Part shown: in pieces, positions 46,351 through 60,258 of the stretch
How positions within the stretch are numbered: the first letter of the stretch is position 1
Layout of the letters: each line of letters starts with the position of its first letter
Assembly: GCF_009914755.1 (NCBI RefSeq)
Contig: NC_060928.1
DNA from: the human T2T-CHM13v2.0 reference genome, Homo sapiens
Direction: 5' to 3' (one strand)
Length of the DNA stretch: 64,000 nt
Notes under the pieces: generated by a model
The model's input: the letters and a program-made list of their open reading frames with translations, nothing else
Told to the model about the DNA's origin: nothing
Database searches by the model: none
Position numbers and translations under genes: made by a program

Positions 46351-46692
46351 AACTAACTAATTATATTGCCCATGATCACTTTGCTAGAATTTCTCTTTTT
46401 TTAAAGGAAAGTATGAGTTTAAATAGCCTTATCTTCCTACTTATTTCTAAATGTCAGAATTCTTGTTCAGACTTGAAAACACTTTTAAACAGTTCTTGGA
46501 AGCTTTAAAATTATTCTTGGTGACCTTGGTAGAAGCTCTGACTTCAAATTCGGGAATGTAATATGGATGGCAAAATGAATATTTTCCCTTATTTGTCAAA
46601 ATTTTTTTTCTTTAAAAAGTATTTAGAACAGAAAACAAGTACATTCAAGCCCAAAAGACAAATTCCCTAGAAATTGGGGCAGAGTACACCCA

Positions 46693-46698
46693 TTTATT
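46693..46698 (-). promoter_or_regulatory. EMCN: Putative distal polyadenylation signal (AATAAA) of EMCN
   Basis: tttatt on the + strand, ~3.0 kb from the terminal-exon acceptor, with U-rich sequence downstream on the minus strand. Confidence 0.65.
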
Positions 46699-47746
46699 GG
46701 AAAATGAGAAGTCCTGTGTGTGCAGAGAAATTTTAAAGAAAAGATCAGGGGATAATCCATCCGTTAAGAATTCTCCATTAAGAATACTCATTATAGGTTT
46801 AATTAATCACAATGATGGATATCTTTAACATTAGGCAATAATTGACAGTTTTATAGTGGTGAGACTATCATCACCCAAAATACAATTTTTAAAGGTCATA
46901 TTCACTTTTCCTTTCAACATCATAAAATCTTGAATGACCACAAGTAGAGCTCAACAGAGAATAATCAGGCAAAAAATCAGGAATGTTCATCATCGAAGGT
47001 TTGACTATGTCCTCGGTTGATACTCATAAATTTAAATATGGTAGGTAGAAAAGAAATAACACACAGATTTGTCAACCATATGTAACAGAATAGTTCAGTT
47101 CAGCAAGGGGAATTCAGAATTCTTTCTCTGCTGGCTGAGCCTGTATGTCAGCCAACAACATCCACTTAGTCTCAGGTGACAACAGTGCCAGTTAATTAGC
47201 TTTTGTTTATGTTTTGACTATTGATAGACTTAAATTATATTCATATTATTATGCAAAACAAACACATAGAAAGTCTTGCCTTTGATCTAAATACAGGCAC
47301 TTCTTTGTTGCAATGATGTTTGAACTGTGTATCAGAATAAAAAACTTACAGTAAGCCAGGCATAAAAAGTAGATCATCTAAATCAGATAATTAAAACATA
47401 TTTGATTAATGGTAATTTTGGCTTGAAAACAAAATATCCTATCTCAACAGAAGTTTAAGTTGGTTTATAAAAATGCAGACCTTACCTTTGAGATTGATAT
47501 AAAATGCCGTGGACATCTCTGTAAACTTCTCAATCCTCCTTTGACCTTTTTGAAAGATTTAATCTCATAGTTGTTAGATTAATGCATATTCTTTGTGTGC
47601 ACTTCTTGAACTAGAATAAATTTTATTCTTTTCTGACCATTAAAATTGTTCCCTCTTCCTAATTCTTGTAAACTCTTTTCTAACAATGCTCATGAAATGT
47701 AGAGAAAATGGTTTCTCTAGGATCCAAAATAACATATTACTTATAA

Positions 47747-48124
<378 letters not shown>

Positions 48125-49703
48125 TGATTGGCATGCTCCAGTCACTGTCTCACCATTTAAAGACTTCTAGATTAAAATTAAGCATGGGCTCAACAGTTCT
48201 AAAGTGAAAACATACATAGTGGAGATCCCTGCCTTCTTCTCTCCTCTCTTCCTTTCCTTTCTTTCTTTTTTTTTTTTCTACTTCCCATCCTTCTCAAAGA
48301 GACACCAGTCAGAAATATAGATATGCTTATGCTTGCTTGGTGTCCTTGATTATAAATAGTCCAAACATCAGGAAACTAAAATCAAGGTGATTATATAACT
48401 CCTAAAGATGGAAGTTGTCAAAATACATCACCACAAAACAAATTTTAAAAGGCTATTTTAAATACAAGATTCCATCTTCACTAAACTGCCCCTTAGATCA
48501 CTAAGATAATTTAGCATCAAAATCAGCTTAGATAATCATACGTTACAAAGCTGCCACCAGCAGCTTATTAGTTCTAAAGCTTTCCAAAAAACCTCAGCCA
48601 ACTTGACACTTTGATCTCACATGTCAAAAAAGTGGTCAAGGTTGATCAGTTAGCTTTTAACAGAAGAATTTGCTCCTGATGGAGTGGCAGCTATAATCAT
48701 ATGGTATTTTTAGAACAGTGATACAATGAAAAATAATATCATAATTATGTATTTATAAAGTGTTGATTTTCTACAAACTAGAGGTTAGCAATGATTGCTA
48801 GAACAAATAATTACATTTCTAAAAGAAATAAAAAATGCATGGAGATAATATCAATCAAATGAGTTAATGAAAAATCATGATCCTATTATCTTAATGAATG
48901 CAGTATAGTGTTATAAATGCCCTTGCACTTACATCTTCATCACATAGTATGAATGACAAATAGAAAGACCAAAGAACTGATAAATTACTCTCCCCCTAAC
49001 AGTCTGATATGTGAATCCTATGTCCCTTTCTGACTTATTACAAATGCCTTTCATTAGTGAGTTCATGTATTCTAATAATCCATCCAAAAATATTCATAAT
49101 TATAGGAAGACAATAACATTGCCATTTTCACAGTCATGTTATAGTATTTTTAGAGTATTGAGTACAGTAGTTATTTATTAAAAGTAACACGAAAGCAGGA
49201 ATAAAATACTTATATGTACAAAGTAGCATGGTATGATTTCTACCTAATATTTAATAATACACGTGCAACTTTTCCCTGCATTAACATAGTGGTAAACAAT
49301 AAATACTAACAGTAGGTAATATAAGAACACCGAGAAAAGTAGGAAAGTCTTCATGGATAAAAATTCTTGGCCCGGAAAACTTTAAACATTAAGGAAAGTC
49401 ATGCCTATCAGCGAGCCCACCTCCTGGGCTGTCAGATTCACTGCTCACAAATTCTCCTCCTAAAATTCCTTTTCCTAGGAACGCTCCTGTAAATGGAGTA
49501 ATGGAATTTTTAAATGTGAGAGAACAGGAGAGCCCCGGGGTTCTTTTTGATTCCATCAAATTATTGCATGTCAGCTGGACATCACTTTACTGGGACAGAC
49601 GTCTGGTACAGTCCAGCAGCAGGTATGGAAGTCGGGATTGATTCTGCAGGACTTTCTCCTTTTCCACGCTTGGTGCATAGAAGCTGAAGATTAAGCCTGT
49701 GAG

Positions 49704-49704
49704 C

Positions 49705-49736
<32 letters not shown>
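49704..49736. repeat. (CAA)11 microsatellite abutting the EMCN terminal-exon acceptor
   Basis: Directly visible; reads (TTG)11-ctcacag on the minus strand. Confidence 0.95.
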
Positions 49737-49829
49737 AGTTCAGATTCCAAGAAAGCGAAGAAGAAATAGAGATGCTGGGGGAGTCCATTTCTTAGTAAGA
49801 AATGGTTGTCACTAGCTCCATTTTTTCCA

Positions 49830-50325
49830 CCTAGTAGAATCACTTGACTGTCTCTCAAGCTCTTCAAACTTGACATATCTGAAAAGAAAAGCTCGTTTTC
49901 TTTCCCAAACCTGTTCCCCTCACTTCACAATCTCAATCTTTGGTATTTCCTCCATGATGCATTCAGGCACCCAGGCTGGGAGTGTGGGTATTGTCTATAG
50001 TCCTATTCTTCCTCACTCCCCATTGGCCACATCCAATCAATCACCACATCATGAAATTTTTAACCTCCAGACATTTTTCTCTATTCTATTCTGCCTCTTC
50101 ATCTTCCTCCATACTGCAGCTCCCTAGCTTAAGCCTTTATCTTTTTCCAGTGGAATATTGCAATAGCCTCTGACTTCTCTGCTTCTGATCTTGCTCTTCT
50201 TGAATGAGTCTTCCAAATTAAACACACACTGGTGTATATCAAGCACAAATCTCATATTCCTTTTCTGATTAAAGTCCTTAACTGTACCCTATCACTGATG
50301 GGATACAGTTCAAGATCTGTTGCTT
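49830..50325 (+). mobile_element. L2 fragment (continues at ~51375-51950)
   Basis: tcttcaaacttgacatatctgaaa, cacatccaatcaatcacc, tattgcaatagcctc L2 motifs. Confidence 0.65.
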
Positions 50326-51076
50326 GGGGTGACAATGTGAGTAATTAAAAAATTTATGGGCAACTTTAAAGCTTTGCTGCTTTCTACTCATCAGGGAGAA
50401 GAATGAATAGGCATCAGAAGAAAGAATGAATGAATACCATTTGCCACTTCTTCATAGGAAAGGTAGCCAAGCCTTTGGTTTAGTATTTTGCATTTTTCTC
50501 TGCAGTGTAGGAACAACTTTCGATATTGGTCTATAAAAGAGCAAGAGATGGAGACTTCTATGTCCCAAGTACGAAAAGGGCAGTGGCCCAAACTGGCAGA
50601 GATTAGGTGGTGTTGTGTTGCTGATGGCAGTGTTGGTGGTTTGCTAGGTTCTGGGGAGAGCATGATATGGTGTGTGTGGTGGGGTGTGGGGAGTGGTACA
50701 AGTGGCGGAGACCTGTAACCAGCTCTTTCCTGGTTTGGTTGGTGAAGGCAAGTTCTTTGATAGGGATGGCCGAACTGTTGCTTTACATGGGGGAAAGCAG
50801 GACATTGGCGGCTATGGCCTGCGGGTAGCAGCTACAGGTATCCATGTCAAGTCTTAGGATAAGGAAAGGATTGTAGAACAGGATATCCGTGACTTCTTCC
50901 CAGAGCATCTGTGGCTGCTAGGCAGTCGAGCACATGCCAGAGCATGGTATAGCTTAAGTACCATGATTAGAAGGATGATTGCAGACAAGGCCTCTCCTTC
51001 AATTATTGAACTAGTTTTTTAGGCATATTTTATATCCAAGGTCAAGTGAGGGGTTCCTCAAAATGATAAATGACTT

Positions 51077-51289
51077 ATTTTTTTATTTTTATCTTCTTTT
51101 TTTTAAACTTTTATTTTAGGTTCATGGGTATATGTATACAGGTTTGTTATATAGGTAAACTGCATGTCATGGGTTTTTTGGTACAGATTATTTTACCCAT
51201 GTAATAAGCATAGTATTTTTCAGTCCTTACCCTCCTCCCAACCCTCTACCCTCAAGAAGTCCCAGGTGTCTGTTGTTCCCTTCTTTGTG
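51077..51289 (-). mobile_element. Short L1PA15/16-like 3' fragment
   Basis: Antisense 3'UTR; TSD gataaatgactt (51065-51076) / gataaaggactt (51290-51301). Confidence 0.85.
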
Positions 51290-52519
51290 GATAAAGGACT
51301 TTTGATGTCATTAGTGAATGAAGAAAGTTAGTACTTCATTCTAGCCTCATGCAATCCTTCATGATTTACCTTGGGAAACAAGGCTTCCTGTGATCTAGTA
51401 CCCTCTACTACTTGAGCCTTGTTTCCCAGCCAGAGGTCAACGCTTCTCAAGCTGTTTATAGTGAAGGACAATGTTGGTTTCTAACAATATCTAATCAGCT
51501 ACAAACAGACATTTTAAAAAATACAATAACATGAATGTTGCAGCAGTATCAGATTGCTATAACAGTTTTTAAAGTTTTATGATTTCTTTCATATACCATT
51601 CAGTTTCACAATTCTTTTCCTATTTGTACATGCTATTCCCTGTGCCTGGAAAATCTTTCCTCTCTTCACCTAGGCCACATTTTTTTTTTTTGTTTTTTGT
51701 TTTTTTTCTCATTCTGTAAGTTTTAGCTCAAATACCATCTCTAAGAAATTTGCCACTAAACTTCACGTTATCATGTCTGTCTTTACATAACACTATGTTA
51801 TCATTTACCATATTATACTAAAATTATTTTTCTTATGTGTGTGTCTTTCCACTTCTATAAGCTCCTTGAGAACTGCAACCATGACAAGCCCTCCTTATAT
51901 CTGGGATAGTACTTGACAAGGATTAAGGTCTGTCACTTTTTGTTCAACTGAGCCATACTCCTCCATAGATGAGTTTTCAAGTGAAGTCAAGAGTTTGTAG
52001 CATAGTTCAACTGGTAAACATCTGAATTTGTGCTAATAGGATAATGCTCATGATTGATACTGTTTCAATTATTTTCTCAAAGATCAGCAACCTAAATAAG
52101 AACAAACTCTAGTTTCATCAGCATGCATTTCACATTGACAATCTTTCTCAAAAAATAAATCTTGCTTCATTAATGATTCTTTACGTCCATACCAATATCA
52201 GTCTTTGCTTTTTTTTTACAACATTATAATCCCTCTAAAATTAGTGTGTTGGCTTCAATAATAATGGTATAGGACTGAATAGTCACTGAATCTCTCACAA
52301 CCTAGATTTTCATATATTTGTGGTTTTTATAATGAATAAATGGCTATTTTATAATAAGATTTCATAATATGTTTCTTTAACACTACTGACAACAATTTAT
52401 AAACAATCAGAATGGCCATAGGAGAAAAGATCATTTTGTCTTGGTTTTATAGATGTGGAACCCAGTGTAGAGCATTATTAAGAAATTCATTCAGGATTAT
52501 AGAGTACGATCATAATATA

Positions 52520-52853
52520 CAGTTGGCCTTCCATATCTGTGGGTTCTATGTCCACAGATTCAACCAGCTGTGAATTAAAAATATTCAAAAACAGTAAAAA
52601 TGAACAATACATTAATAAAAAATAATACAAATCGAAATATAGTATAACAACTATTTATATAGCATTTACCTTGTATTAGGTATTACAAGTAATCTAGAGA
52701 TAGTTTAAAGTACTACATGAGAGAATTCGTGTAGGTTATATTCAAATACTATGCAGTTTTATTTACATCAGGGACTTGAGCAACCACAGATTTTGGTATC
52801 TCCAGGCCTTTTGAAATCAATCTTCCACCTCCATGAATACAGAGAGGCAATTG
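52520..52853. mobile_element. Tigger3a/MER7-like DNA transposon
   Basis: cagttggccttccatatctgtggg...gaatacagagaggcaattg inverted termini flanked by TA. Confidence 0.8.
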
Positions 52854-54394
52854 TAAATATCCTTTATTTATGATGTTTTCCTTTTAGCTTGTGTTATTTT
52901 ATTTTAAAATGAAAGAAAAATAATTGAAAAACATGTTAAGCTCTTCTGGAAGTTCACAAAGCTACTCCCAGATTATCAGGGCACCATTTAGAAAATTACA
53001 GAAGTATCAGGGAATTGTATCTTGGAGAAAAATGGAAATAGCTAACAATCCACATTGCTGAGGGTCTGTGGGAACGGACTTTGATCCAAGCTACCGGACT
53101 TTCTAACACCACAGTTCTTCACTGGTCTGAAACCCCCTTCACTCTTCAGCCTTCAAAGGTGTCTTGGAACAGAAGGAAGATGAGACCTACTGGTGAGGGA
53201 GCAACCAGGTAGCAGCAGATTCCCCCTTGACAACAGTGCAGAGTTGGTCATAGAACAGTTAAATGGCTATCTGTTCAATTCTAAAGTTGTTATTTTTCCC
53301 TTTTAATTTTATATCTTAGACATGCTTTCATGTTATTAAAAATTATTTCGAGAATTATTTTTACTCATTATATAATGTCACTGTGCAAAGTATAATTTAT
53401 TTTATAATTTCCATATCATTAAACATTTAAGCTGCTTCTACGTATTTGCTACCCCTCTTGTATATGATTTCATGCTCCCACGAAGTAAAGCTTTGCAGAA
53501 GGCAAGGTTTATAGCTCATAAATGTTTCAAAATTCCTGTCTGCCCTGCCGAATCACATTAAACATAATACTGTGCACTAAATAGATGATCAATATATGAA
53601 GCAACAAGCATTAAATATATCTAAAATCTTGTTTTGATATGGAAATTTTTAACATAGGTGATGATTTCTGTATTACTGTTTGCTGTTTCATGAGGGTTCA
53701 AGACTTTTTAACTTCTTTCCTGAAATCTTCTAGGTTTGATGAATTCATTTCTATATATTCTGAATCTCCAAGTTGATATCTAATTTCAAGTTGACAACCT
53801 AGATAGTAGTTACTCTTTGGTTATTAAATTCAAAGTACAGTGATAGAAATATCTTAAGGAAAAAAGTGAGACAGACAATAGAATTGAACAGATGTCAAAC
53901 TTGTTTCTTCCCATTACTTTCTGATCTTTACTCTTCAGAACATCATTATATAATTCCAAAATTACAAAAAGGAGCAATAAAAGTTATTTAGCTTTTCAAA
54001 TCAAAAGGCTTGGAATCTGAGGCTAGGAATATTTTTTAAAGTACAGAAATGGAAAGGAATGGGAGTTGAACAAAAATTACTTTTATTAAGCTGGTTCGAA
54101 GATCAACACTGTTCCTTGCCTTCTATATACCTTTTCTTTCTTTCTTTTTTCTTTTTTTTCCAACTGCAGAAGACTTGCTTTTTCCAAGTTGGACAATTAG
54201 TTACTAATATTTGAGCATTTTGGTAATTTAAAAAACAGCCCTTTACTAGCCACTGGGTTGCAAAGCAACCATAGCAAGTAGAAAGGAAGGTTTCCATTTA
54301 TCAGCTAGGGCTGGACAACGTCTCTCATCCTCATCTTCTCAAACTTTGCACCTGAAAGTGTCCATTGCATAGGATGGACCAACTTCCAGGTTCC

Positions 54395-57300
54395 TTTTTT
54401 TTCCTTTAAAACTTTTATTTTAGTTTCAAGGGGTACATCTGGAGGTTGGTTACATGGGCATTGCACGTCATAGGGGTTTGGCGTTCAGACCATTTTATCA
54501 TCCATGTAATTGGCATAATACCAAATAGGTAGTGTCTCAATACTCATTCTCTGGTGTCTCTTGTTCCCCGCTTTGTGCCTTTAGTGCTTGGCACCCCCTT
54601 AGAAATGCGAAGATAAAGTATTTGGTTTTCTGCTCTTTGGTAACTTCACTTAGAATAATGGACTCCAGATTCATCCATGTTGTTGCAAAAGTAACAATCT
54701 GGCTCTCTTATATGGCTGCATAGTATTCCACAGTGTATGCGTACCACATTTTCTTTATCTAGTCCACCACTGATGGGCATCTAGGTTGGTGGGCATCTAG
54801 GTTGGTGGGCATCTAGGTTCATTCCATGTCTCTCTTATTGTAAATAGTGCTGTGATGAACATACATGTTATGTGATTTGGTAGTAAAACAATTTGTATTT
54901 CTTTGGTCTGTATCTAGTAATGGGACTGCTGGGTTGAATGGTAGTTCTATTTTAAGTTCTTTGAGAAATCTCCAGGCTGTTTCCACAGTGATTGAACTCA
55001 TTTACATTCTCACCTGCAGTGTATAAGCATTCCCTTTTCTCTACAACCTGGCCAGCATCTGTGACTTCTTGACTTTTTAATGGTCACCATTCTGACTGAT
55101 ATGAGACAGCATCTCATTATGGTTTTGATTTGCATTTCCCAAATGATTAGTGATATTAGGCACTTTTGCATATGCTTGTTGGCCCTGTGTATGTCTTCTT
55201 TTGAGAAGTGTGCATTCATGTCCTTTGCCCATTTTTTAATGGGGTTGTTTTTTACTCTTTCATTTGTTTAAGTTCCTTATAGATTCTGGATATTATACCT
55301 TTATCGGATGCATAGTTCGTGAACATTTTCTCCCATTTTGTAAGTCGTCTGTTTACTCTGTTGATAGTTTCTTAGGCTGTGCAGAAGCTCTTTAGTTTAG
55401 CTAGGTCTTGTTAGTTTTTGTTTTTGTTGCAATTGCTTTTGGAGTCTTCATCATGAAGACTGATGCACAGAATGGTATTTCCTAGGTATTCTTCTAGGGA
55501 TTTTATAGTTTTTGTTTTACATTCAAGTCTTCAATCCATCTTAGTTGATTTTTGTATATGATAAAAGGTAAGGATCCAGTTTTAATCTTCTGCCTATGGC
55601 TAGCCATTTATCCCAGCACTATTCCTTGAATAGAAAGTCCTTTCCCCACTGCTTGTTATTGTCAGCTTTGTTAAAGATGAGATGGTTATACGTGTGTGGC
55701 ATTATTTCAGAGTTCTCTAACTTGTTTCATTGATCTATTTGTCTGTTTTTGTACCAGTATCATACTGTACTAGTTACTGTAGAGTTGTAGTATCATTTGT
55801 CATACTGTACTAGTTACTGTAGCCTTGTAGTATCATTTGAAGTTGTAGGTGTGTGGCATTATTTCAGGGCTCTCTAACTTGTTTCATTTATCTGTGTGTC
55901 TGTTTTTGTATCAGTATCATACTGTACTAGTTACTGTAGCCTTGTAGTATCATTTGAAGTTGGGTAAGGTAATGCCTCCAGCTTTGTTCTTTTTGCTTAG
56001 CATTGCTTTAGCTATTTGGGCTCTCTTTTGGATCCAGATGAATTTCAGAATAGCTTTTTTCTAATTCTGTGAAAAATGTCACTGGTAGTTTGATAGAGAA
56101 TAACATTGATTCTGTAGATTGCTTTGAAGAGTATGGCCTTTTTTAACAATATTGATTCTTCCAATCCATGAACATGCAATGTTTTTCCATTGGTTCATGT
56201 CATTTCTGATTTCTTTTGACAGTGTTTTGTACTTCTCATTATAGAGCTCTTTTGTCTTCCAGGTTAACTATATTCCTAGGTATTTTATTCTTTTTGTGGC
56301 TCCTGTGAATCAGATTGCATTCTTGATTTGTCTCTCAGCTTGGATGTTGTTGGTGTATAGAAATGCTACTGAATTTTGTACATTGATTTTGTATCCCAAA
56401 ACTTTGCTGAAGTTGTTTATCAGAGCTAGGAGCCTTTGGGAAGAGACTATGGGGTTTTCTAGGTATAGAAACATATAATCTATGAAGACAGATCGTTTGA
56501 CTTCTTCTCTTCATATTTGAATGCCTTTTATTTCTTCTCTTGCCTGACTGCTCTGGCTATGACTCCCAATACCATGTGAATATGAGTGGTGAGACTGGGC
56601 ATCCATGTTTTGTTACAGTTTTCCCAGGAACAATTCCAGATGCTTTTTCCCATTCAGTCTGATGTTGGTTGTGGGTTTGTCATAGATGGATCTTATTATT
56701 TTGAGGTATATTTCTTCAATGCCTGGATTGTTGAGGGATTTTAACATGAAAAGATGTTAAATTCTTTCACAAGCCTTTTCTGACTGCACTTATTAAGATG
56801 ATCATGCAATTTTTGTTTTGAGTTCTGTTTATGTAATGAATTGCACTTATTGATTTATGTATGTTGAATCAACCTTGCATCTCAGGGATGAAGCTTTCTT
56901 GATCATGGTGGATTAGCTTTATGACATTCTTCTGGGTTCAGTTTACTTTACTAGTATTTTGTTGAGAACTTTTGCATCTAGGTTCATCAGAGATATTGGC
57001 CTGAAGTTTTCTTTGTTCATTGTGTTTCTGCAGGTTTCATGATATCAGTGTGATGTTAGCCACATAGAAAGAGTTAGGGAGGAGTTTCTTCTCGTTTTTT
57101 TGGAATTGATTCAGTAGGATTGGTACCAGCTCTTCTTTGTACACCTGGTAGAATTCAGCTGTGAATCTGTCTGGTCCAGGGCTTTTTCTGGTTGGTAGGG
57201 TTTTTTTATTACTGATTCAATTTTGGAATGCATTATTGGTCTGTTCAGGGTTTCAATTTATTCCTGGTTCAATCTTGGGACGTTGTATTTTTCCAGGAAT

Positions 57301-60258
57301 TTATCTATTTCTTTTAGGTTTTCTGGTTTGGGTACATAAAGATGTTTGTAATAGTCTCTGGATTTTTTGTTTGTTTGTTTGTTTTTGTATTTCTGTGGAG
57401 TCAGTGGTAATATCCACTATCATTTCTGATAGTGTTTATTTGGATCTTCTCTTTTTTCATTTTTAGTCTAGCTAACAGTCTATCAGTCTTATTTATTCTT
57501 CCAAAAGGCAAACTTTTGGTTTTGTTGATCTTTTGCATAGTTCTTATCATCTCCATGTCACTCAATTCATCTCTGATTTTGGTTATTTTTCTTTTGCTAG
57601 CTGTGGGATTAGTTTGTTCTTATTTGTTTAGTTCCTCTAGGTGTGATGTTAGATTGTCAATTTGAGATCTTTCTGATTTTTTGATGTGGGCATTTAGTGC
57701 TATTAACTTTTGTCTTAACACTGTTGAAGCTGTATCTCAGAGATTCTGGTATGTTGTATATTTGCTTTCATTAGTTTTAAAGAATTTCATAATTTCTGCT
57801 TTAATTTCATTGTTTACACAAAAGTCATTCAGGAGCAGATTATTTAATATCCACTTAGTTGTAGGGTTTTTAAAAATCTTCTTGGTATTGATTTCTACTC
57901 TTATTGTGCTGTGGTCGGAGAATGTGGCTGGTATGATTTTGGCTTTTTTGAAATTATTGAGAATTTCTGGCTGAGCATGTAGTCAATTTTAGAGTATGTG
58001 TCATGCATGGATGAGAAGGATTTATATTCTGCTTTTGTTGAGTGGACTTTTCTGTAGATGCATGTTAGTTCTATTTTGTCAATTGTCAAATGTAGGTCCC
58101 AGATGTCTTTGTTAGTAATCTGTCTTGATGATCTCTCCAATATCATCAGTGGGGTGTTGAAATCTACTATTATTGTGTGGTTACCTATGTCTCTTTGTAA
58201 GACTAAAAGAATTTGTTTTATAAATCCAGGTGCTGTAGTATTGGGTGCATATATTTAGGATAGTTAAGTCTTCTTGTTGAGTTGAACCCTTTATCACTTC
58301 CTTTCTTTGTCCTTTTTGATCATTTTTGGTTTAAAGTCTGTTTTGTCTGAAATAAGAATAGCAACCCCTGCTCTTTTTTGTTTGTTTTCTATTTGCTTGA
58401 TAAATCTTTCTCCATCCCTTTACTCTGAGCCTATAGGTGTCCTTGAATGTGAGATTGGTCTCTTAAAGACAGCATACACTTGGGTCTTTCTTCTTTAATC
58501 AATTTGCCACTTTATGCCTTTTAAGTGGAGTGTTTAGCCCACTACCATTCAAGGTTAATATTAATATGTGTGGATTTGATCCTGTCATTCTGTTGTTACC
58601 TGGCGTTACGTAGACATGATTGTGTTTTTGCTTTATAGCATCAATGGTGTATGAACTTTAGTGTGTTTTTGTAGTAGCCAGTAATGGTCTTTCATTTCCA
58701 TATTCAGCACTCCCTATGAACCTCTTGAAAAGCAGGTCTGGTGGTAATGAATTCCCTTAGTATTTGCTTGTCTGAAAAGGATTTTATTTCTCCTTTGCTT
58801 ATGGGGTCTAGTTTGGCTGGATATGAAATTCTTTGTTGGAATTTCTTTTCTTTAAGGATGCTGAATATAGGCCCCCAGTCTCTTCTGGCTTGTAGAGTTT
58901 TGGCTGAAAGGTCCAGTGTTATCCACTGCTGGGGTTCCCTTTGTAGGTTGACCTGCTCATTCTCCCTAGCTACCTTTAATAGTTTTCTTTTCACATTGAC
59001 CTTGGAGGATCTGATGACTATGTGTCTTGGGGATGGTTGTATTATATAGTATCTTGCTGGGGTTCTCTGAATTTCCTGAATTTGAATATCAACCTCTCTA
59101 GCTAAGTTGGGGACATTTTCATGGACAATATCCTCAAACATGTTTTCCAAATTGCTTGCTTTCTTTCCCTGTCTTTCAGGGATGCCAATGGGTCATAAGT
59201 TTTGTCTTTTTACATAATCTCATGTTTCTTGGAGATTTGTTCATTTTTGAAAATTCTATTTTCTTTATTTTTATCTGACTGTTAATGTGAAGAACTAGTC
59301 TTTGAGTTCTGAGATTCTTTACTTGACTTGGTCTACTCTGCTGTTAATACTTCCAATGTGTTATGAAATTCTTGTGGTGAGTTTTTCAGCTCTGTCAGAT
59401 CAGTTTTGTTCTTTCTTAAAATGGCTATTTCATATTTCATTCCTTGTATGGTTTTGTTGAATTCCTCAGATTCCTCGGAATGGGTTTCAATCTTCTGATT
59501 TTCAGTGATCTTCATTGCCATCCAGATTCTGAATTCTATTTCTGTAATTTCATCCATTTTATTCTGGTTAAGAATCACTGCAGAGCAGCTAGTTCAGTCA
59601 TTTGGAGGTAAGGAGGCAATCTGGCTTTTAGAGTTTCAGGAGTTCTTGAGCTGGTTCTTTCTCACCTATGTGGACTGATGTTTCTTTAATTGCAGTGTAA
59701 TTTGAGTATAGTCAGTCGGTTTCATTTCTGTATGTGTTCAGAGGGCTGAGGCTTTGTGCAGGGTCTTTATTTGCAGTTGAGTTCTTGTCCTTGGTTTTAC
59801 AGAGGAGTATATTACCAAAGTATTTTTGGTGTTGAAGTTTGGTTTGCAATTTAATAGATAGTGCTTAAACATAATGACTGGTAGATAGGCTCTTACCCAG
59901 CCATGCAGCCCCTCTGTGTTTCCTCACATTTGTAGCCATGCTCCCCCTCAGTGCTCTGAGAGTGTGTGATCCTCTCCCACTCAAGTGCTGGTCATAGATC
60001 TCAGCTTAGCACTCCCAGACTGTGCACTGCAGGCCTGAGACAAGCTTAGGATTTTTTCTCTCTCCCCAGCTTGGTGGCAGCAGGGGCAGGGACCTTGGCA
60101 TGCCACTCAGAGCCACTGCCAATTAGAATAATCAGCTGGGGAAAGGTGGTTGCATTGCAGGCCCAAGCTAGGGGCTCAAGACTGGTGAAGAGCAGGAGGG
60201 CAGGGGAAGGCAGTCTTGCCTCTTTTCCATAGGGCACTGCAGCATGCTGGAGGTGCAC
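54395..60258 (-). mobile_element. Near full-length old L1 (L1PA15/16-like), ~5.9 kb, inactive
   Basis: 3'UTR, ORF2 and ORF1 remnants (58704-59150 RHIVIRSSKV, LQARRDWGPIF) and 5'UTR; possible degenerate TSD aacttccaggttcc / aaattccaagattcc. Confidence 0.9.

Noticed and set aside
49582-49788. ORFs at the start of the terminal exon (e.g. ...GLYQTSVPVK*, ...DCTRRLSQ*) as a protein C-terminus
   Set aside because: The EMCN stop codon is in the preceding exon (61647-61649), so this region is 3'UTR
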